36,974 nt of DNA from Burkholderiaceae bacterium (GCA_031970775.1 DALYHR010000001.1:1-36974); one strand, 5' to 3'. Positions 9,144 to 19,784 are shown, numbered from the stretch's first letter. The notes: generated by a model from the sequence alone, not told the origin. Translations and numbers: made by a program.

Positions 9144-12100
9144 CGAATCACCCCACGCGCTTTCAAGTCAGCCATCAGCGCTTTGCGCTCTTGCTGCTGG
9201 GCCTGCATGACCATCTGGGCAATCTGTGCCTGATCGCTGCGGGCATCGATATGAATCGGGCCGCCGCTGTAGCTGAAACTGGATGAAGCCCCAGAGGTCG
9301 AAGCAGACCCCGATGGCGTCACAGCATTCATCACCCGAGCCGATGCGCTGCCAGACGACCCCGCACTGAACACATCACCCAAGGCATACCGTGCATGGCC
9401 ACCCATGCCCAACGCTGCGGCTGCAGTGGCCGAGTCGAGCATGACCGAAAGCCGACCACCCCGGCCCCGCGCCAGCTTCAGGGCCGCACCGGTTGCCGTG
9501 CCATGTTCATTGACCACACCGACGCCCAGGCCGGCACTGGTCTGATCCAGCGGCATCACGGCTTCCGGGCCTGCTTCGCCCAGCTCGCCGAGCTTGCGTG
9601 ACCCACCCGCCATGAACTGGAACAAGGTTGGACTCGACACCACGCTGTTTGTGAACGATGCCCCTGTGGCAAAGCGCTGGTAGCCCGTGAAGACGTGGCC
9701 CACTGCAGAGGGCAGCACACCGCCACCCCCTGCACCGGACATCTTCATCTTGATGGCAGCCTCCAGGGCCGCATCGCCCAGCGCCTTGATTGCCAGCGTG
9801 GCACCAACTTCGGCAGAAGCCTTTGTGCCGGCATCTGACACTTCGGCCGCTTGCGTGGCTTGAGTGACGCTGGTCAGCGTTTGCTGAGCCACCCCGGATT
9901 CCATCGCCGACTGGCTTTGCTTGGCCAATTCCGTGGCGCTGGACGTTGCCGACGTTCCGAGCTGCTCCATGGCCCGGCCGGCACTGGATGCCGCATCGGC
10001 ACCGGAGGGTGAGCCGGCAGCGTTACCCATTGCCGGGACACCAGCAGCCGCAGCCCCAGACACCTGAGACAGGGCATCACCTGGGCCCTGTCCACCCTGA
10101 CCCCCTTGAGCAGTACCGGCCGATGCCCCGCCCTTGCGGAACATGTCGAACCAGCCCGCTTTGGACATCTGTCCCGTCATGTCGCGGAACAGCGTCCGAC
10201 CCATGATCGAGGCGATTTCCTGCCCGGCTTTTTGCGCATCCATCTTGCCGGTCTTGAAGAACTCGGCAAACGAGTCCTCACCCGACTTGATCAGACTGGC
10301 ACCCACATCGGCGCCGGCCTGCTCCATCAGCCTCGTGTGATCACGCCAGCTATCCACCAGCCTGTTCCACTCCGGCTTGATGCGCTCATCGAGCTTGGCG
10401 TTTTCAATGACGATCTGGTCCGCCTCTTCGCGAGCCAGATCCGCCATGGCCTGTTTCAAGAGAGCCTGCTGATCCGGGTCAACCGTGACTGCCAGCTTGA
10501 CTTGCAGATCGCGGGTCGAGTCGGCTGCCTTGCGCTGAATCTCTGCGATTGCGATGGCCGTCTCTTCCCGCGCCCGCTCGATCGGGTCAACGATCAGACC
10601 GGCGCGCTCCTTGGCGTTCTGGGCGCGCAGCTCGATCACCCGAGCATTGACCTGAGTCCAGGTATCCGCCCACTTCTGTGCGGAGTCCCGGCTCTTGGCC
10701 AGCTCACGCTCAGCATCTGCGCCGCCTTCGGCCGTCACACTCAGATCGATCTTGGCCTGCACACCCGACCGCTGTGACCGCAGCGCGATCAGCTTGGCCT
10801 CGCTATCCAGCGCCGCTGTGCCGGCCTGTTGCCGCCGCTGCTCTTGGGCGATCTGCTCATCGATGAGCGCCGCGCTCTGCGCCAGTCGGGCCCGCTCGAT
10901 GCTGAATTTGGCTTGGGCGACTTCCTCAGAAGTCATCAAGCCCGCCCGCTGCCGGGCATCCATGATGGCTTGCGTTTCGTCCAGAGCGCGGCCCGCCTCA
11001 TCGGCAGCCGTCTGCATCTGCGCCAGATCCAAAGCGTCCTGTGACGCCTGAATGCCTCGCGCCAACTCGCGCTGCGATACCACGGCCTGAGTGCGCGCCG
11101 TGATGGCTTGTGCTTCGAGCTGGGCAATGGCCGCCCTCTGGGCCAGCACGTCGCGCGGGTTCTCGACGACCCGGCGCTTTTCCAGGTCGATCTGACGCTG
11201 AATCTGTGCCGCCTGCAGATCGCTCTTGCTGCGGTCAATTGCCAGCAGCTGGGCTGCGTAGTCCTGAGCACTGCTCAGGCCGGACCGATACCCACTGGCA
11301 GCCGCCTGCTGCCGCTGATCGATCGAGGCCTGAGCCTGCGCCATGCGCACCGCATCGCCCGCACGCTCGACCTGCAAAACTGCATCGACATGGGCCTTGG
11401 AACCCTCTTCGATCTTGCGCTGTTCCTCACGAGCCGTAGCCGCCTTGTCCGCCGCGGCCTTCTTGTCAGCATCTGCCTTTTTCTGAGCCTCGGCCAACTG
11501 GGCCTGTGTTTCGGCTTGCATGGCCTCGACTGCCCCAGAGCCACCCACAGCAGCCCGCAGCGAATCCATCAGCCCGAGGCTTTTACCCGGGGTGGCGCTT
11601 TGCAACTCCTGCAGCCGCTTCGTCAATGAGGTGACGCGACCTTCAGCCGTTTCCTCACGACCGAGATCCTTCAGCGAGTCCAGCATCTCCGACGATGCCG
11701 TCTTGGTCGCCTTCCAGGCCTGACCCAGGAATCCAACGGATGGTGTCATCCGCTGGTCCATCGCAGCCTTGAGCGCGTCCGTGGTGGCCTGCATGGCCTC
11801 GTTCTGCCGGCCGGCGGCCTCCAGCTCACGGATGTGCTGCAACTGCGCAGCACTCAGGAAGGCATAGGACCGATTCGCCTTGGTAGCCCAGGCCGTGGCA
11901 CCGTCGGCCATGCCCGAGAAGTCCTTGACGATCTCGTCTGCCGACTGGCCCGTCACACGGCTCAAGGATGCCGCCGCAGCACCTGCGCTATCCAGTGCAG
12001 ACCCGCTGAACTTGCCGGTCTCGACCAGGCCCTGCGCGATGTCTCGTGCCACCCCAATGGTGACCGCACCCGAGTCAGCAATGCCACGGCTCAGCGCCGT

Positions 12101-12700
12101 GACCTGCCCCAGCGTGACACCCGCTTGCCCGCCGGTGACGGCGAACGATTTTGTCAGGGCATCGCTTTCGGCAGAACCCGCGTGGATGGCGTAGCCCAGC
12201 AAGCCAACTGCCGCAGCCACCGCCGTCATTGCAACAGCCACTGGAGTGATTGCGCTCAGCAGGCCCACCATCATGGGCTTGATGCCGCCGAAGCTGTCTT
12301 TCATCTGGCCGCCCTGCTGGAGCAGGATCGTCAGCGGGGATGCGCCACCCTGCAACTGGGTGACGATGTCCGTCATCTGAACCGGCACGGTGCGCATGGC
12401 AGCCGCCATCTGGGCGGCGCTGACCTGCCCCGCCTGGCCCTGCCGGTGCATCTGGTCGATCAGCACGTTGGCCTGATCGGACACCCCCAGCTGTTGGGCC
12501 TTGTAGCGCAGCAGCTGTTCACCCGTCATGCCCTGCGTGGCAGCCTGCTCACGCAGGGAGGCAATGAACTTTTCCTGCTGTGTCGCAGCGCCCTGAGCCG
12601 CATCGCCAACGCCCTTGAGATGGCCCGCCATCTGCTGCGCTGACGCAGGAGCATTGCCGGCATCGAATGCCAGCTTGACCCTGATTTCCTGTGTGCTCAT
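9140..12700 (-). CDS. Tail tape measure protein (lambda-type)
   Basis: 1186 aa, Ala/Gln-rich; QMTDIVTQLQGGASPLTILLQQGGQMKDSFGG N-terminal motif and GEAGPEAVMPL C-terminal motif. Confidence 0.95.
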   Translation of the reverse strand: MSTQEIRVKLAFDAGNAPASAQQMAGHLKGVGDAAQGAATQQEKFIASLREQAATQGMTGEQLLRYKAQQLGVSDQANVLIDQMHRQGQAGQVSAAQMAAAMRTVPVQMTDIVTQLQGGASPLTILLQQGGQMKDSFGGIKPMMVGLLSAITPVAVAMTAVAAAVGLLGYAIHAGSAESDALTKSFAVTGGQAGVTLGQVTALSRGIADSGAVTIGVARDIAQGLVETGKFSGSALDSAGAAAASLSRVTGQSADEIVKDFSGMADGATAWATKANRSYAFLSAAQLQHIRELEAAGRQNEAMQATTDALKAAMDQRMTPSVGFLGQAWKATKTASSEMLDSLKDLGREETAEGRVTSLTKRLQELQSATPGKSLGLMDSLRAAVGGSGAVEAMQAETQAQLAEAQKKADADKKAAADKAATAREEQRKIEEGSKAHVDAVLQVERAGDAVRMAQAQASIDQRQQAAASGYRSGLSSAQDYAAQLLAIDRSKSDLQAAQIQRQIDLEKRRVVENPRDVLAQRAAIAQLEAQAITARTQAVVSQRELARGIQASQDALDLAQMQTAADEAGRALDETQAIMDARQRAGLMTSEEVAQAKFSIERARLAQSAALIDEQIAQEQRRQQAGTAALDSEAKLIALRSQRSGVQAKIDLSVTAEGGADAERELAKSRDSAQKWADTWTQVNARVIELRAQNAKERAGLIVDPIERAREETAIAIAEIQRKAADSTRDLQVKLAVTVDPDQQALLKQAMADLAREEADQIVIENAKLDERIKPEWNRLVDSWRDHTRLMEQAGADVGASLIKSGEDSFAEFFKTGKMDAQKAGQEIASIMGRTLFRDMTGQMSKAGWFDMFRKGGASAGTAQGGQGGQGPGDALSQVSGAAAAGVPAMGNAAGSPSGADAASSAGRAMEQLGTSATSSATELAKQSQSAMESGVAQQTLTSVTQATQAAEVSDAGTKASAEVGATLAIKALGDAALEAAIKMKMSGAGGGGVLPSAVGHVFTGYQRFATGASFTNSVVSSPTLFQFMAGGSRKLGELGEAGPEAVMPLDQTSAGLGVGVVNEHGTATGAALKLARGRGGRLSVMLDSATAAAALGMGGHARYALGDVFSAGSSGSASARVMNAVTPSGSASTSGASSSFSYSGGPIHIDARSDQAQIAQMVMQAQQQERKALMADLKARGVIR

Positions 12701-13056
12701 TGCGTCACCGTGTTGCGTTGCTCTTGCACCCAGTCATGCACAGCAGACTGCATGCGTGTCAGATCGATCAGGACCGAGTAGCGCGTCTCCCGATCCATTC
12801 CGAGGCAATCCTCGATATGGTCCAAAGCCCCGTAATCCAGACCCGTGGCGCCAGGCCGCCATTGCGTCTGCATCAGGGACCAGACCGCAATCGAGTCCTC
12901 CATTCCCGGCCAGATCTCAAGCACCATGTCAGCGCCCTGACTGGCGACGAACCGCTCTGCATCCGGATCAACCACGCCAAGAGCGGCGCACTGGTTGAGG
13001 TATCGGGAGACTCGTTTGACGCTGGACGATGGCGTCTTCCCCAGGAAGATCGCCAC
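12697..13056 (-). CDS. Tail assembly chaperone, frameshift-extension part (gpT-like, DUF1799-like)
   Basis: MQTQWR...GLDYGAL motif; lies in the -1 frame after a slippery site in the upstream gene. Confidence 0.8.
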   Translation of the reverse strand: MAIFLGKTPSSSVKRVSRYLNQCAALGVVDPDAERFVASQGADMVLEIWPGMEDSIAVWSLMQTQWRPGATGLDYGALDHIEDCLGMDRETRYSVLIDLTRMQSAVHDWVQEQRNTVTQ

Positions 13057-13067
13057 GGCCAGCTCGC

Positions 13068-13418
13068 TTAGTTTTTTGCTCGGACCTCGCTGAGCGCCGT
13101 CACGTAGGTGCTCATGAACTCACCGCCCGCGTGGTAGTGCTTGTCGATGAAGTCATCAATGGCCATCGGTGTCACCGGCACCGGGTCGCCTGCACCGTCG
13201 ACCACATCCCAGGCCAGCAGGACTTCCGACAGGTATTCCCCATCGGTGATCGTCTTGCCATCCTTGGCCAACTCGGCCGGCTTGGCCAGGAAGGCCGCCA
13301 GATCCTTCTGGCCCTTGAACTTCCAGGTCACCCGCATTTCTGCGGGCTCAGCCTGGCCGGGGATGGTGATCAGGGCCGGCGCATCGAAGGACGGCGACGG
13401 GTTGAAGGGGAAAGCCAT
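13068..13418 (-). CDS. Tail assembly chaperone (gpG-like)
   Basis: Likely start MAFPFNPSPSF with AGAGG RBS; ends ...RAKN over A-AAA-AAC. Confidence 0.82.
   Translation of the reverse strand: MAFPFNPSPSFDAPALITIPGQAEPAEMRVTWKFKGQKDLAAFLAKPAELAKDGKTITDGEYLSEVLLAWDVVDGAGDPVPVTPMAIDDFIDKHYHAGGEFMSTYVTALSEVRAKN
13071..13077 (-). other. -1 programmed ribosomal frameshift heptamer A AAA AAC
   Basis: GCA AAA AAC TAA; the -1 frame reads ...LSELAVAIFLGK into ORF 12697-13056. Confidence 0.85.
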
Positions 13419-13476
13419 ACAAAACCTCTGGGCCGCAGCCCGATTGAAATGGAAGCGCCTGGATGCAGAAGTCATC

Positions 13477-14466
13477 TCAGGCGAAGAAGATCACCGAGTC
13501 GTCATTGGTTGTCTGCGGACGCGGCACCAGCACGACCTTGTCCAGCATCTTTTTGCCGTTCTTCTGGTCGCTGACTTCCTTGATACGCGCCGCCGGCCAC
13601 CACTCGCCCACGATGCGGCCCGCCGTCTTGCCATGCACATAGCCGCACGACTGCGCCGTGCCGTTCTTGCCGGCCAGCTTCAGGGCGACGTGCGCAGCAG
13701 GACCCAGGTTGGCCACGATGTTCACGCTGGGGTTCTTGCCGTAGATGCCCATCGACTCGGCAGACGCCAGGGTGGTGTCTTGCACATCCATGGCATCGTC
13801 AGCTTCGATCGACTCGAAGTTGTAGGACGTACCGCCGGACAGCACACCCGCGCTGTAGGTCACAGCGCCTAGACCACCCAGACGCAGCGGAGAGGTGAAG
13901 GTCGGTCCGACCGCATCACCATCCACCCAGGCCGTCAGTACCGGCGTGACGGCCGATGCCTGAACGATCGGGTCAGCCACGACCAGACCGTCGAAGGTGA
14001 AATCGAAGGACAGCATCTTGCCCACAGCGATGCTGCGCTTGACCGTGCCGTTGCAGAACACGAACTCTTCGTAGCGACCGTTCCAAACACAGCCGATGGT
14101 GGCTGTCGGGATGTTGAGCGACGCAGGCCAGTACTCGACCGCCGAGCCCGCCACGATCACTTCGGAGCGCCCGCAGGCCTTCAGGATCTTGCCGATCTGG
14201 GGGGCAGTGCCCGGCGTGCCGCTCGACTGCGCTTCGAGGGAGAACGTGATCTTTCCGCGCCGGGTGTACGGCTTGACGTCGGCCGCAGCGAAGGCGCCGG
14301 TGAGCACGTCGCGCTCGACCGTCTTCAGCTCCATCTTGACGTCGAGATTCGACACGCGCACCGCGATGGCATCGGCGGCCGCAGTCGGTGCAGCGCTGAT
14401 GCCGCTGGTCGGCTCCAGCTTGAAGGTGATGACCGAGAGGTCAATGCTGCCAATGGTGGACGGCAT
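13477..14466 (-). CDS. Major tail tube protein
   Basis: 329 aa, GTPGTAPQIGKILKACG motif; upstream of the chaperone genes. Confidence 0.8.
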   Translation of the reverse strand: MPSTIGSIDLSVITFKLEPTSGISAAPTAAADAIAVRVSNLDVKMELKTVERDVLTGAFAAADVKPYTRRGKITFSLEAQSSGTPGTAPQIGKILKACGRSEVIVAGSAVEYWPASLNIPTATIGCVWNGRYEEFVFCNGTVKRSIAVGKMLSFDFTFDGLVVADPIVQASAVTPVLTAWVDGDAVGPTFTSPLRLGGLGAVTYSAGVLSGGTSYNFESIEADDAMDVQDTTLASAESMGIYGKNPSVNIVANLGPAAHVALKLAGKNGTAQSCGYVHGKTAGRIVGEWWPAARIKEVSDQKNGKKMLDKVVLVPRPQTTNDDSVIFFA

Positions 14467-14516
14467 GGCAATCTCCTTGGATGGGTTGGTTCGTTACGCC
14501 TGAGTCATCTGCTGAG

Positions 14517-14732
14517 TCAGTAGACCCAGTCGAGGCCGGCCGCCTTGGCCGTAGCCTCATTGGCCGGTGTCAGACCGCCATCGGGATCTCGGATCCAATC
14601 TCCGCCCACCGGAGGCGGCAGGTGGCCCGGTTTTCCATCGGCATCAATGACGGGATCGATGCGGGTCGTCAGCACAGGCGCCGATGAATCGGCAGCGTCC
14701 GCAGATGCGGGGGAGGCGGTGGTATCAGCCAT
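14517..14732 (-). CDS. Hypothetical protein (neck/tail region)
   Basis: 71-aa ORF in operon order, GGDWIRDPDG motif. Confidence 0.55.
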   Translation of the reverse strand: MADTTASPASADAADSSAPVLTTRIDPVIDADGKPGHLPPPVGGDWIRDPDGGLTPANEATAKAAGLDWVY

Positions 14733-14733
14733 G

Positions 14734-15210
14734 TCAGTTCCTTGGGGTCAGATCAGGATCGGTCGCATGGCCGATCACGAGCATGTAGGTCGCCGCGCCG
14801 ACCTGGTCGCTGGTGGCGGCTACGTCGCGGTCAATGCCGCCGTTGCCGTCTTCCGGGTTGATGGCGTTGACGCCAAGACCCGACAGCCGCGCCATGAACA
14901 ACGGGTTGCGCGGCGACAGCCGATTGATGGCATCGGCCAGCACACCGGCTACAGCGTGAGAGGCCGACCGATGCGTAGGCAGCTTGCGGGCCTCGCAGTG
15001 CACTTCGAGGGTGGTCATCCAATCGATACGGTTGGTGACCAGGTATTGGGTATTGCTGGGGCCCAGCGTGACACTGATGACGGAGTCCTTGTCTTGCGGG
15101 ATTACCGCATCGACCCCCTCGCGGATCAGGGCAGCAGCCGCTGAACCCGTCGCCGTCGTGTCGCGCAGCTCATCCACCACCGCAGAGAGCAGATCCTCGA
15201 AGATGCTCAT
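14734..15210 (-). CDS. Putative tail terminator / neck protein
   Basis: 158 aa; position between head-tail joining and tube genes. Confidence 0.5.
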   Translation of the reverse strand: MSIFEDLLSAVVDELRDTTATGSAAAALIREGVDAVIPQDKDSVISVTLGPSNTQYLVTNRIDWMTTLEVHCEARKLPTHRSASHAVAGVLADAINRLSPRNPLFMARLSGLGVNAINPEDGNGGIDRDVAATSDQVGAATYMLVIGHATDPDLTPRN

Positions 15211-15524
15211 GGCGCCACCTCAAGGAAAAGCCGGGTCAGGCCGAGCCCATCAGGATGAGCCTGCATGACCCGGTAAGCCCCGACACCATGTCCTTCGGTG
15301 ATGGTCAACGGGCACTCCGACCAGGCGGCCGGAACGACTGCATCGAGCACGTCGACGCTGAAAGTCTCGCCACCAACCTGCTGGCCCAGCATGGCCATAG
15401 GCGCCCATTCGCGCCGGTAGATGCCCTGGAAGGCGACACCCCCAATCTGACCCACAGCATTGCTGAGGTGCCGGATGTTGGAGTCAGCCACCATGGCAGC
15501 CAACCGAGCGAATTCAGGCGCCAT
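15207..15524 (-). CDS. Head-tail joining protein (gpFII-like)
   Basis: 105 aa ending YRV...PDGLGLTRLFLE; position. Confidence 0.65.
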   Translation of the reverse strand: MAPEFARLAAMVADSNIRHLSNAVGQIGGVAFQGIYRREWAPMAMLGQQVGGETFSVDVLDAVVPAAWSECPLTITEGHGVGAYRVMQAHPDGLGLTRLFLEVAP

Positions 15525-15529
15525 GACGA

Positions 15530-15862
15530 TCAGCGGACGACGCCGTCGACCAGCACATCAGCAAAGGCCACACCCGCCGACTTGGCAGCCGTGAAGGCGC
15601 CGACCAGCAGGTTGTTCGTGGCCACGGTCGTGATGTCTCGGGCCGCATCGTCCCAGTACGCCAGGGCGCCCTGAGTCGCCGTATCGGCTGCAGCCGCAGT
15701 CAGCGTGAACACGCCCTCGCGGGAGATCTCGACGGCGGCGCCTTGAGCAGCAGCCCCGAACGCAATGCCGAAAATATGACCGACCTGCACACCTTGGCCG
15801 GGCGTCAAGGCATAGGGAGCAGCGACCGTGAGCGCATCGCCTTCCTGGATGAAGTTCTTCAT
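15530..15862 (-). CDS. DUF2190-family capsid-associated protein
   Basis: MKNFIQEGD...EGVFTL...YWD signature, directly downstream of the capsid gene. Confidence 0.85.
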   Translation of the reverse strand: MKNFIQEGDALTVAAPYALTPGQGVQVGHIFGIAFGAAAQGAAVEISREGVFTLTAAAADTATQGALAYWDDAARDITTVATNNLLVGAFTAAKSAGVAFADVLVDGVVR

Positions 15863-15934
15863 GGTGGTTCTTCCTTGAACGGGTTGAATCAGCGAGGCCA
15901 GCAGCAGCCGGCCCCACGAGATCAGTCACGCTGG

Positions 15935-17992
15935 TCAGGCGCCAGCGGACTTGTAGAGACCGCGCCAGTCGATCGCCTTGGCTGCGAAGTCCTCACGGCA
16001 CTTGAAGCTGATGCCGTCGACCTCGAAGCCCATTTCGCTTTCGACCACCGGGCCTTCGGCGCCGTCCAGGTAGCAGTACTCGACGGTGTCCACTTGGCTG
16101 TTCAGGGCGGCCATGTACCAGGCCGTGGCGCTGTTCGAGTCGAGGATCGGCTCGACGATCGGCTCCAGAGCCGTGCGGCCACCGACACGGAACTCGTTGA
16201 CGTCAGCCGCCTTGGCCGGGACGTACTGGCTGGAGGTGAACTGGTAGGCGGTCTGTTCCAGCGATGCAGGGACGATCAGGAACGACGGCGCCAGATTCAG
16301 TTCCTCGGACTGCAAGCCCTTCTGGACCCGCATGGCAGCGCGACCGGCAGCCAGGCTGGCAAAGGCCAGAGCCGACGGACCCCCAGAAGCCAGATTGCCG
16401 TGGCTGGCATGGAACAGCGCGGTGCCATCGCTCATGGCCGCATTGGCGGTGAGCTGCGAATAGACCAGCCGGTTTTCCAGTCGGGCCGAGCTGGCACCGA
16501 AGGAGGCGATCATCCGGTCGAAGGCGCGCAGGTCATCGTTGATCACAGCCTGACGGCTCAGGGTCACGATGCGACCATAGGTCAGCAGCGCATAGGTCTC
16601 GGCACCGTCTGACAGCGATCCATACTTGAACTCGCCGTGCTCATTGACCTTGAGCAGGTCAGGCATCGACGACAGCTGAGCCACAGTGACCGACTTGAAG
16701 TCGGGTGCATTCGGAGCGCGACGAGCCCAGCGGGTGTAGGTTCCGGGGTTTTCCTCGTAGCCGACGCGCAGGCGCTTGCTGGCCACGTTGGCCATCAGGC
16801 TGCTGAAGTCGCTGGTACCCAGCGAACCGCCCGACCGGAAAGTCATGATGCGGGTGGCCAGCTGCATCTTGTCCATGCCACGGGTGTTGACACCATGCCA
16901 GCTCAGCATTTCGCGGCCGGTCTCCAGCAGGCTCATGCCGCGGAACTGGCGACCGTTGTCGGTGAGCTGGGCACGCGCATCGACGCGGGACATGAGCGCT
17001 TCTTGCAGGCCAGCCATGCGGGTCTGCATTTCGTCGCGTACCGTCTCGGTCCGGACGTTGATGTGGCCGCCTGAGGCAGAGTCACGGCGCGCCAGCTCTT
17101 CGAGCACCTTGCCACGAGCCTGATCCAGTGTGACACCGGAACGGATCATTTCTGCAGCCAGGTGGCCGACGTTGTGTCGGGTGCACACCTCGGAGATGTC
17201 GGCGGCACGTTGGGCCGCATCGGCAGCAGCACGGGTGGCGGCTTCGTCCGGCGACGGGGTATTGGTTGCCACCGGATCGGTATTGGCAGGCGTGGGCATA
17301 CGTTGCTCCAGAGTTGAAGTGGGCACACCGGCCCGGACGAACTCGCACGGCAGGCCGCTGCGTGCGGCTGACGATTGCGAATGGGGATCTGTGGCGCCAC
17401 GGGGGGCCACGGCTTGAGAACGGGTTGAGGCAGCGGGGTCAGCCGGGACGGTGACGAAGCTGATTTCCTGCGGGGTCCAGCGGGTAGCGCGCCACAACGG
17501 CACAGATCCGCCATCGCTGCGCGCCTTGGCATCCGTCACCTCATAGCGCTCGACCGAGTAGCCGAAGCTGATGCTGCGAATGATCCCGGCCTTGATATCG
17601 GCAACGATGCCCGCCATCTCGTCACGCACGCTGAGCTTGAGCGTTGCGCGACCCTCGCCACTTTCGATCCAGCCGCGTTGGGCGATACCCATGATGGCCG
17701 ACACACCACCGAATACACGGTGACCGTCCAGCACCTGCACGGTGCCAGAATCGAACCGGGTCATATCGACCGCATCGGAGGAAACAACCAACTCCTCGTC
17801 GTAGAGAGTTCCGCTATACCAGTCGTAGGCACGGCGACGGGCGCCAGTGGTCCATACGACATCGACGGTGTTCTCGTCGGGGTTGTACGTGCTCGGCACC
17901 AGCGTGGCCTCGCGCTGCTGCTGAGGCAGATCGCGAACATCACGGCCCGCCGGGTCAGCGGCTGCTTTGGGGGAGTTGGTGGTGGAAGGCAT
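15935..17992 (-). CDS. Fused prohead protease / major capsid protein
   Basis: N-terminal protease motifs (VLDGH, SFGY, EISFVTVPAD), linker, then capsid domain (TSDF, DFK, TYGR..SRQAVINDD, DWRGLY). ATG 17992 preferred over GTG 18001. Confidence 0.93.
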   Translation of the reverse strand: MPSTTNSPKAAADPAGRDVRDLPQQQREATLVPSTYNPDENTVDVVWTTGARRRAYDWYSGTLYDEELVVSSDAVDMTRFDSGTVQVLDGHRVFGGVSAIMGIAQRGWIESGEGRATLKLSVRDEMAGIVADIKAGIIRSISFGYSVERYEVTDAKARSDGGSVPLWRATRWTPQEISFVTVPADPAASTRSQAVAPRGATDPHSQSSAARSGLPCEFVRAGVPTSTLEQRMPTPANTDPVATNTPSPDEAATRAAADAAQRAADISEVCTRHNVGHLAAEMIRSGVTLDQARGKVLEELARRDSASGGHINVRTETVRDEMQTRMAGLQEALMSRVDARAQLTDNGRQFRGMSLLETGREMLSWHGVNTRGMDKMQLATRIMTFRSGGSLGTSDFSSLMANVASKRLRVGYEENPGTYTRWARRAPNAPDFKSVTVAQLSSMPDLLKVNEHGEFKYGSLSDGAETYALLTYGRIVTLSRQAVINDDLRAFDRMIASFGASSARLENRLVYSQLTANAAMSDGTALFHASHGNLASGGPSALAFASLAAGRAAMRVQKGLQSEELNLAPSFLIVPASLEQTAYQFTSSQYVPAKAADVNEFRVGGRTALEPIVEPILDSNSATAWYMAALNSQVDTVEYCYLDGAEGPVVESEMGFEVDGISFKCREDFAAKAIDWRGLYKSAGA

Positions 17993-18016
17993 GGCTTCCA
18001 CTGTGCCGAGTCGGTT

Positions 18017-18042
18017 GTCTCATTTACAGGCAATGGTGAGAC
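18017..18042 (-). promoter_or_regulatory. Late-promoter activator site GTCTCA-N14-TGAGAC (capsid)
   Basis: Inverted repeat just upstream of the capsid ATG; a second copy has the same geometry at 19808-19833. Confidence 0.7.
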
Positions 18043-18045
18043 GAT

Positions 18046-19560
18046 TTAAGGGGACGGCTTGTTGCCACCATCACCCTGAGCATCGGCCGCCGTCTGCTTC
18101 CCCTTGAGCAGCATCACCAACGAATCCCAGATGCCACGACCCTGCAAGTCCTTGATGTCTTTCTCCAACTCATCAAAGACAGCTTTCGGGTCATAGCCAC
18201 GGCGGCGAAGCTTTTCAGAGAAGCTGGATAGCCCGCCTGCGATCTCTGCCAGGTCGGCACTGATGTCTTGGGCAGGGTTGACGTAGTCCCACTTCGGGGT
18301 GGATTGCTCGACCGTCCAATCAGGACGAGCCGGCAGAAGTCCGGCCAGGGCGGCATAGGCCACGAACTCCTGGCAGATCCGGTCGCACAGGACGGGAACC
18401 ACCGTGAGCCATTGCAGTTGCTCGATCTCGCGCCGGAAGTCGAGCATTCGGACGCGGGCCGAGCTGAAGTTCACTTCCTTCATATCGCCCGTGGCCTGCT
18501 CGTATGTAAACCCGCCGCCGGCACACACCATGTGGATGTTGTACTTGCAGTAGTCCACAAACCCCGGAGCCGCCTTGGGCTCGACCACGGTGAGGTTCAT
18601 CCCTGCCGGAATCTGCGTGATACCACCGCTGGCCAACTCGCCCAGGCTTCCAGCTGGCGCCTTACCGTCTCCAGGCGCTTCGAACTGACCCCCATCCGCC
18701 ATGCCAGCAATGTCGCCGCTGGCCAGGACTGACAGGCGCCCTTCCAGGTTCTTGCGCGCGAGTTCGGCATCTTCGAGCAGTTGCAGGTCACGCGCCCGAT
18801 TGATGACCGGAGACAGGCGCGGGAACCCGCGACCCTGACCGGGCCGGCCGGGGTTGAAGAGATGGATGATTTCCTCAGCGCCGACCCGCGTGCTTTGCAT
18901 GCCGCGGGCCCGCAACGGGCCGATGTCGCCCGGATGCTGGTTCCAGATGTGATAGGCCACGACTCGACCCAGCGGGTCGTATTCGATGCCCTGAATGATG
19001 GTGTTCTGCCCCGAGGCGGTGCTCTTGCTGGTATCGAGGCGATCCACCTCGATCAGCTGCAGCTGCATCGGCACTGGCAACCCGTCAGAGGGCAGACGTG
19101 CCCGAATGCGGATCAACACTTCGCCATCGGCATCCATGGCCCGCACGGCTGCAGCCTGGATGCCATACAGATCACGCAACCCATCCGCATCAGCAACCTT
19201 GATCCAACGCTTCCACAGCCGGTCGATAATCTCAGCATCCCGGCCACGCCACACCGGCACGATGCCAGTCCCGACAATGTGGGCCACACGGGCATTCATG
19301 CCCGATGCGATGTAGTCGACGTTCTCGATCAGAGACCGGCTCTTGGCGCGCAGGATGCGCGCGCTGGCCATGTGCTCTGCATTGGCGCTGGCGCCAGGCC
19401 GTTTTGGCCGCCACCCGTCCCCCGGCAAAGCAGCTGCATAGGCGCGGGTGAGCATCTGGCGCGCATAGAACCGCTGAATACCGGCACGAGGGCTGACCCA
19501 ACCAACAACCCGGTCCAGGACGGTTGGAGCCGTCAGGCTGCCCTTGAAGACGTCAGCCAT
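18046..19560 (-). CDS. Portal protein, lambda family
   Basis: 504 aa; DGEV, RPGQGRG, TGDMKEVNFSSAR motifs. Confidence 0.95.
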   Translation of the reverse strand: MADVFKGSLTAPTVLDRVVGWVSPRAGIQRFYARQMLTRAYAAALPGDGWRPKRPGASANAEHMASARILRAKSRSLIENVDYIASGMNARVAHIVGTGIVPVWRGRDAEIIDRLWKRWIKVADADGLRDLYGIQAAAVRAMDADGEVLIRIRARLPSDGLPVPMQLQLIEVDRLDTSKSTASGQNTIIQGIEYDPLGRVVAYHIWNQHPGDIGPLRARGMQSTRVGAEEIIHLFNPGRPGQGRGFPRLSPVINRARDLQLLEDAELARKNLEGRLSVLASGDIAGMADGGQFEAPGDGKAPAGSLGELASGGITQIPAGMNLTVVEPKAAPGFVDYCKYNIHMVCAGGGFTYEQATGDMKEVNFSSARVRMLDFRREIEQLQWLTVVPVLCDRICQEFVAYAALAGLLPARPDWTVEQSTPKWDYVNPAQDISADLAEIAGGLSSFSEKLRRRGYDPKAVFDELEKDIKDLQGRGIWDSLVMLLKGKQTAADAQGDGGNKPSP

Positions 19561-19562
19561 GA

Positions 19563-19784
19563 TCAGCGCTCCCGATGGGTGATGAAGGTCGGGTAACCGG
19601 TGCGACGTCCCGTCGGCCGGCCCGCAGCATTCTGGCCAGACAGCACGCTGGCCGCATGTTGCCGAGCCGCGATCAGGTCGGAGATGGAGCGATACCGGAC
19701 TCTCCGGCCATCGACCTCAACTTCGAGTTCAGAGGTTGCAATGGCGGCATCAAGCCGGTCGAGATCAGATTGAGTGAGTGCCAT
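19563..19784 (-). CDS. gpW-like head completion protein
   Basis: 73 aa, GRRVRYRSISDL motif, directly upstream of portal. Confidence 0.85.
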   Translation of the reverse strand: MALTQSDLDRLDAAIATSELEVEVDGRRVRYRSISDLIAARQHAASVLSGQNAAGRPTGRRTGYPTFITHRER

